Shown here: piece by piece, positions 57,713 to 64,000 of the stretch
Layout of the letters: every line of letters starts with the position of its first letter
How positions within the stretch are numbered: the first letter of the stretch is position 1
Origin: Chrysomallon squamiferum
Taxonomy: Eukaryota > Animalia > Mollusca
Reading direction: 5' to 3'
DNA: 64,000 nt
Assembly (NCBI GenBank): GCA_012295275.1
Contig: CM022667.1
Span: 10,912,001-10,976,000, forward strand
Made by a program: the position numbers and the translations under genes
The notes under the pieces: model-generated
The model's input: the letters and a program-made list of their open reading frames with translations, nothing else
The model's database searches: none
What the model was told of the DNA's origin: nothing

Positions 57713-58067
57713 TGCGATCCAACACATGTATAGACATATCTTTATTAGTTTGCTTCGTACTTGAATTTGTTTCTTGAAGAAAACAGTCTTTCGTTACATA
57801 TATATTTTTTAACTATTAAATAATTCTATTATTGTGTAATATTACATCACAGTACAAAGACAGGAATACAAAAAGTTAAAATAGAAATATAGAAACACAA
57901 ACGTGCACATTTAAAATTACACGTTTAGATACAGTTTAACACTAATAGTATCAGTAGCACCACCATGACAACCACCATCACCACCACCAACAGCAACATC
58001 AACAACAACAAGAATCGTAACCGCAATAACAGTTGAAACAAGAACAAGAACTACACCAAAAATTGCT

Positions 58068-58133
<66 letters not shown>

Positions 58134-58639
58134 ACATCATCATCATCAAGAACAATAACAGTCATAATAATTATTATCGCCAAAAACCCATACATTTATA
58201 TTAATAAAAAACCAAAAAATAAAATATAAAAAAAAAAAAAAAAAAAAAAAACTCATAACTTCCTCACTGCAAATTGAAATATTTCATTAAATCTTTATTT
58301 GTCAAAGACATCACTTATACATCAAAGGTGTTTTTTTTTCATAAATGTATTTGTATTATCATTTCACATAATCATACCACACACATAATAGGTGAGGGAC
58401 ACAACAAATGCATTATCCGTAATTATGAAAGCGTTTCCGGTCCATGTTATGTTTCTACCGGTGATGTTTTCTTTTATGAACCCCGACATTTTTGCTTTAT
58501 GAAAACGGCGACTTTCTGTCCCGGTCTAATCTCGCCGTGTTTGAAGTATAAAAGGAACTATTTACGTTGTCAAATAAACGTAAATGATACGAACTAATGC
58601 ACAATAAATTAGAATTAAAAAATAAAGCCGGCAAATGAT

Positions 58640-58681
<42 letters not shown>

Positions 58682-58870
58682 TTAATATGTTTCTTTAACA
58701 AATTGATAAGGCTTACATACACACTTTCATCGACTGAAATAAGTAGTAAATTTTTTCTCTCTATTTATCTTCTATACAATACTGCGATTAGTAATCCTTG
58801 GTATTATTCTAATGGTGTTTTACTAGGGTTTTTTTTTATTTTATTAAAAGCCGTGGATTTTAAAAGCAGG

Positions 58871-59585
58871 AATAACGGTGATTTTTACGCATTATAACTG
58901 TACTTTAAATATTAATATTGAGATTGTCTGATTTTTAAGGGCCGGTTCAAAATGGGATAGGGTGGGTATGATGGTTTGGGGGGGGGGAATACCCCAAAAA
59001 ATTCACTAGTGGAGAATTTTTTTTATCCATTATAACTGTATTTTAAATATTAATACTGAATTTATCTGTTTATAAGGAAGGGTTAATTCAATGGGGTTTG
59101 TGTATGAGCTGAATTCAGGACACTACAGCAAAATGAAATAATGATGATTTTTAAATTTATATTTGTAATTTAAATAAGAATATGGAAAACGTCTGAAATA
59201 AAAGCCAATTCAACGAGTTCAGCGGCTGACGGTGAATATTAAAAATTCTGAAATGGTGACTTTTAAGCATTATAACTATACTTTAAAAATCAGTAATATT
59301 ACTGAAACTGTCTGATAAAAGGGCCGGTTCAAGGGGGTGGAGTGGAGTGGGGTGACGGGTAATATTAATAAAGTTCAACAATGGTTAATTTTTAAGCATT
59401 ATAACTATATTTTAAATATTAATGTTGAATTTATCTGAAATAAGCGCCGGCTTTTATGAACTGGGTGACGGAAAATATTGCAAAATGAAATAACGGTGAA
59501 TATGAAGCATTATAACTGTACTTCAAATATTAATAACTGAGACTGTCTGGTTGTAAGGTCAGTTCAAACGGGGGGGGGAGGGGGG
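58871..59585. repeat. Six diverged ~110-140 bp tandem units with a conserved AT-rich core and G-rich variable parts
   Basis: Core CATTATAACT(G/A)TA..TTAAATATTAAT..TGA...T.TCTG at ~58890, 59028, 59155 (degenerate), 59268, 59397 and 59508. Confidence 0.9.
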
Positions 59586-59913
59586 ATGAACTAAATATAG
59601 GAGTATATATATATATATATTTCATACTTATATCGATAATTTTCAAATGACTGTGCTTCTGGTTTGATTAGAGCAGTCAGAAATTACCTACATTTAAACG
59701 ACAACACTATAAAATATCAGTTTATCTATAATACCCAACTCTTTTTACCTATTGTGGTAGTTAGTACATTTATCTATATTACACAACGTGGTGGTTATAT
59801 TACAGTACTTTAATCATTAATTTTTAAACAAAATTAAGTTCAAAAGGATGGACAGAAATAATAACGAGTCATACATAATAAACCGTATATATATATATAC
59901 ACACGATATATGG

Positions 59914-59952
<39 letters not shown>

Positions 59953-61671
59953 CGTGCGTGTGTGTGTGTTCGTGCGTGTGTGCGTGTGTGTGTCTGTGTG
60001 TTTCCATGTATTAACAACGTATCTGAAATGACAGTTAGTGGTATAACAATTCAGAAAAAGATCTAAAGACGTCAGAAATGAATAACACATCCAGTATGTT
60101 CTGTGACGGCGTCATTTCTGTAGACGGGTTCGAATTGCCGGATACAATATCACAGAAACTTGCGAATTAGATAATTTATTAAAGAAGATATAATTAATTA
60201 CATTTTAATATTGAGAATGTCGGGAACAAAACAAGGTGCTGTTACTGGAGAGGATGGCAATGAGTTTAAAAAATAATGTGAATAGTTTCCAGAACATATG
60301 CGTGCATGTTTCACTTTTAATGTTATTCTCTCTGAACTGAGAGATTTTCTAGGAGGATCAGATGAAGAAGATAAAAAGGGTGACAAATAATAGAAAACAG
60401 GTTTTTTGATAATAATAATAATAATAATAATGATGATGATGATGATGATGATAACAACAACAACAGCAACAGCAACAGTAATAATCATAATAATAATGAT
60501 GATGCTAATGATTGTGATAATGATAATGACGACGACGATAATGTCGTTGACAACGATGATGATGACGATAATAATAATAATAATAATATTAATAATAACA
60601 ACAACAACAACAACAACAACGCCAAAAACAATAATAATAATTCACTTTTGTTACATTATGTAACCGCTATCATTACCATCTTCTTTTTTTTTTCTTTTAA
60701 TTATTTACTCAATAAATCATGTATAGCTTTTCAGCGAGATGGATCGCATTTCGTTACGGTAACGTTAAATATCATTTTTTGAATTACACACGCAACAATA
60801 TTTCTTTTCGTCGCAAATAAAATATTATTTAATTGTCCCTTGTCGCCTTATCAGAAAGATTCTGTCAGAAACCCAGCGACGCATGGCACAGACAGACAAA
60901 CCTACAGACGGGAATCATTCCTGCACTACGCATGTAGTTATTTTTCTTTATATTACTAGATAATGAATAAATAGAATCCTGTCAATATCTGATAGTTAAA
61001 TGCATCGCACGGTAAATTAAGCTGGAAAGCTGAAATCCGATACTTATAATATAGAGTATTAATTTCTAATTCATCCTCTCTGGCCGTTAAAAATAATCAA
61101 TTAACTTGCCTTCTCTATTCTGTTCAATAAAACGTTACACTTCGTTTTGTTCCCCATGTCATAGAAAAACACAGGGAACAAAAAACTCGCGCACCGTGAA
61201 ATCGACAAATTTTTTTTTTCCCCATAATAGTCGGCCGTGTTGATACAAATGTACCATGTTAATATCGTGTCTATTACCGGGGCCGACATGAAATCAACAT
61301 GAAATAGATCTCCCAGTTTAAGTGAGTTTTGATCAGTGTATAATAAAAGAGAACGGAAATAACCCTGCGGAATATAATGGGCATGCGTTGTTTGCCGGCA
61401 ATCTGCTCGGCCATCATGCACAGTTATTTCCATATTTTACATTAGTTAAACCCGTTATTATATGGCAATTTATCATAGCGCAGGATATTGTAAATTTCTT
61501 TTTACCGTTAGATGTACGAGCGAAACAGACCTGCCAATATATCAAGGTCTTTTGTGGCATTGAAATTATTTCCGCGTTTTCTTTTCGCCAACGTCGTCGC
61601 TGACGGCTGGAAGCTGTAAACAGCAGCTACGGGGATGAAATTGGCCCATAATTTTGATACGTTTTTAAAAC

Positions 61672-61702
<31 letters not shown>

Positions 61703-61958
61703 CTTTTTCTTTTTCGTTTTAATAATATTTCATGCAAATTATACATCGTTTATTTCATAGAGTAATTTGCTACTAGTGTTATTTTTGGGCTTTGATCGAA
61801 ATGGCCCCGGCATTTATCCTCGGTTTTGACATGAAACACGGCATCCTGTGGCCTCTAATCTTCGGCTTGTTTTCGCTTCTCCGAAATCTCGACGCGATTA
61901 TTAACTCAGTCGATAATTTGATAAACGTGAATCCCAAATTCGTTCGTTCGTTCGCTAC

Positions 61959-62009
61959 GGGGATGGGGGTTGGGGCGGGGTTGGGGCGAGGGCTTTGTGT
62001 GGGGGGGGG
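61959..62009 (+). other. Potential G-quadruplex
   Basis: GGGG-AT-GGGGG-TT-GGGG-C-GGGG-TT-GGGG with 1-2 nt loops. Confidence 0.6.
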
Positions 62010-62374
62010 TCGAAAGGAACCGAATATTCAGCAAAAACTTATAAGTTAGAACTGGACACAGATTATGGAGTAAAAAAAAAAAAAAAAAAAAAAAAAAATG
62101 TATCATTTATTTTGTTGATGCCTAACGTTATTCTTTTTTTTTTTTTTTTTTTTTTTTGTTTTTTTTGTACGACCGTTGTTATTATGGAAAGAAAACCACG
62201 TGCCTGACGTTAACCGTTAATAATAAAATGATGTACGGTTAAATAAATGTTTATTCATTCATTTCATGTGAAATTTATGAGATTTCTCGTTTATAACTGT
62301 TGATAGTGGTGAGCTGATGATAAGTCTCGGGGAAAATATTGAACAGTGGTTGAGAGTAGTGTTTTAAAAAAAAG

Positions 62375-62413
<39 letters not shown>

Positions 62414-62629
62414 AAAGAGAAAGATTGTTTAAGACGTATGTACGCAAGCGTACACAATAAATAAATTCCGAAAGATTTTCATTTACAGCCATTTTTTGCC
62501 CCTGTCTTTTAAAGCTATAAGTAAACAAAATATAATAAAGATAAAAAAAAAAAAAAAAAGATAAAATAAAAAAGGAGAAAAAAAAGAACAATAAAATAAA
62601 GAAAAAACAATTGTAGAAAAGGTAATATA

Positions 62630-63162
62630 AGTCTAGTAGTAGTAACATTAGAAGTAGTAGAACAAGTAGTAGTAGCAGTGGTATATATATATATATATAT
62701 ATATATACTAGGTAACATGTGTAATAAAGCGATACCACTAGCAATAGCAGTGGTACTAATAGTAGAATTAACAGTGCTAGAATTAATAGCGGTAATAGTG
62801 ATAATTATTGTTGTAATAATATTACCATTAACAGTAATCCTGATCTAATGGCAGTAATAACAGAAGCAGTGGTGATAGTAGTAATAGTGGCAAAAATAAA
62901 TGTAGTTTACAACAGCAACAACAACAACTGCTACTACTACTTCTTCTATTAGCACTAGTTCTACTAGTACTACTACTTTTTATATTACTACAACAACTAC
63001 TACTACCACTACAACTATTGCTAGTCTTATTACTACTTTTACTAATTCTACAGCTACTAGTCCTATTAATACTACAAGTACTACTACTGCTACTACTATT
63101 ACTACTAGTGCTACTAAAACTACTATTACTACTAATTACCACCACCACTAGTACTAGTACTA
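62630..63162. repeat. Degenerate (GTA)n array followed by a (CTA)n array
   Basis: GTA-type at ~62630-62890, CTA-type at ~62930-63160. Confidence 0.85.
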
Positions 63163-64000
63163 ACCTGTTATTTCTGTTAATGTAATTTTATACGGACATT
63201 TTATAAGAACTTCTACTAAAAATCATCATTAATTCCTTTTATTTGTTTACAGTGGTTCGCTGTGTTCTGTATCGCAGAAAATAATGATTTTTTTTTCATG
63301 CAACAATTATGTCTGCTTCATTTTACATGTATATCTACGTCATCTACCTCTTTTATACGTTCGAACAGCGACCACCACTACTACTACAACCTTTCCCGTA
63401 TCAACATTATTAAACAAATTTCATAGGCTACTACTTCTGTTAAAAGCATGTCTAAAAATGTTCTGTTGTTTTTAAAAATAATCATTACTCTAGACAGCTT
63501 GAACGTGTTTAGTTATTTTTATATTAAATTGTTATTTCAAATACGTTATCGAACTCTAGAGGATAATAAAAAGTAGAATAGGATAAATTTGCTATTGAAG
63601 GGAAATAACTCTATATAGTTTGTGAGATTCTAGTTACAGCAGAGTTATCGTTCGTAAATTTAATAATTTCAGAAGCGGTGTTATATAGTTAATGTTTTAT
63701 TTTCTTTCTTTATTTTTATTTTTTAAATAGCAGTGTAATTAATGTTTTATTTTATTTTTATTTTAGTATTTTTTAAATAGCAGTAGTAATGAAAGTAGTG
63801 GTAGTAGTAATACTAATAGTAGTAGCAGTAGTACTAATAGCAGTAGTAACAGAAGCAATAGCAACAATATAATTGTTGAAAATTATTCAAAATAAATGAA
63901 GTATTCTATATGTCTTTCAGATTTCTTTGATCAGATCCTGACATACTCCTAAAACATTAGTAACATTCCAACGTTGAGAATGATCAGTATTTAATTAAGT

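Noticed and set aside
58871-59585. CRISPR-like repeat-spacer appearance (also considered for 44851-45411)
   Set aside because: Eukaryotic context, repeats too long and degenerate, spacers related to each other, and no cas genes

Overview
Animal genomic DNA that is AT-rich and saturated with microsatellites. The protein sequence suggests an invertebrate, probably a lophotrochozoan or mollusc, but this is an inference. The only recognisable gene is the 3' part of a spalt/Sall C2H2 zinc-finger transcription factor (1-2215, + strand, open at the window edge). It contains zinc-finger clusters ZFC3 and ZFC4, the SAL box, the NEISVIQ motif and one extra C-terminal finger. As written, the CDS is split over three reading frames by two successive -1 shifts, near a C5 run at 492-496 and near a G4 run / G_GGA_AAA heptamer at 1338-1352. 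Single-base assembly deletions are the most likely cause, but recoding is testable and would control whether ZFC4 is made. A probable ~4.5 kb 3' UTR follows, carrying several conserved-miRNA seed matches. The remaining ~57 kb has no credible coding exon and no recognisable intact transposon. It alternates ~0.3-0.7 kb CpG-containing blocks with simple-repeat spacers, which fits a regulatory gene desert of a developmental gene. The blocks carry a dense CACGTG cluster plus YY1/Pho, E2F, Su(H), Hox-Pbx and CTCF-like motifs. Local structures include a MITE-like foldback, a 30-bp minisatellite, a ~120-bp higher-order tandem repeat with G-rich spacers and tRNA-like remnants. All motif counts were made by eye and need computational confirmation.
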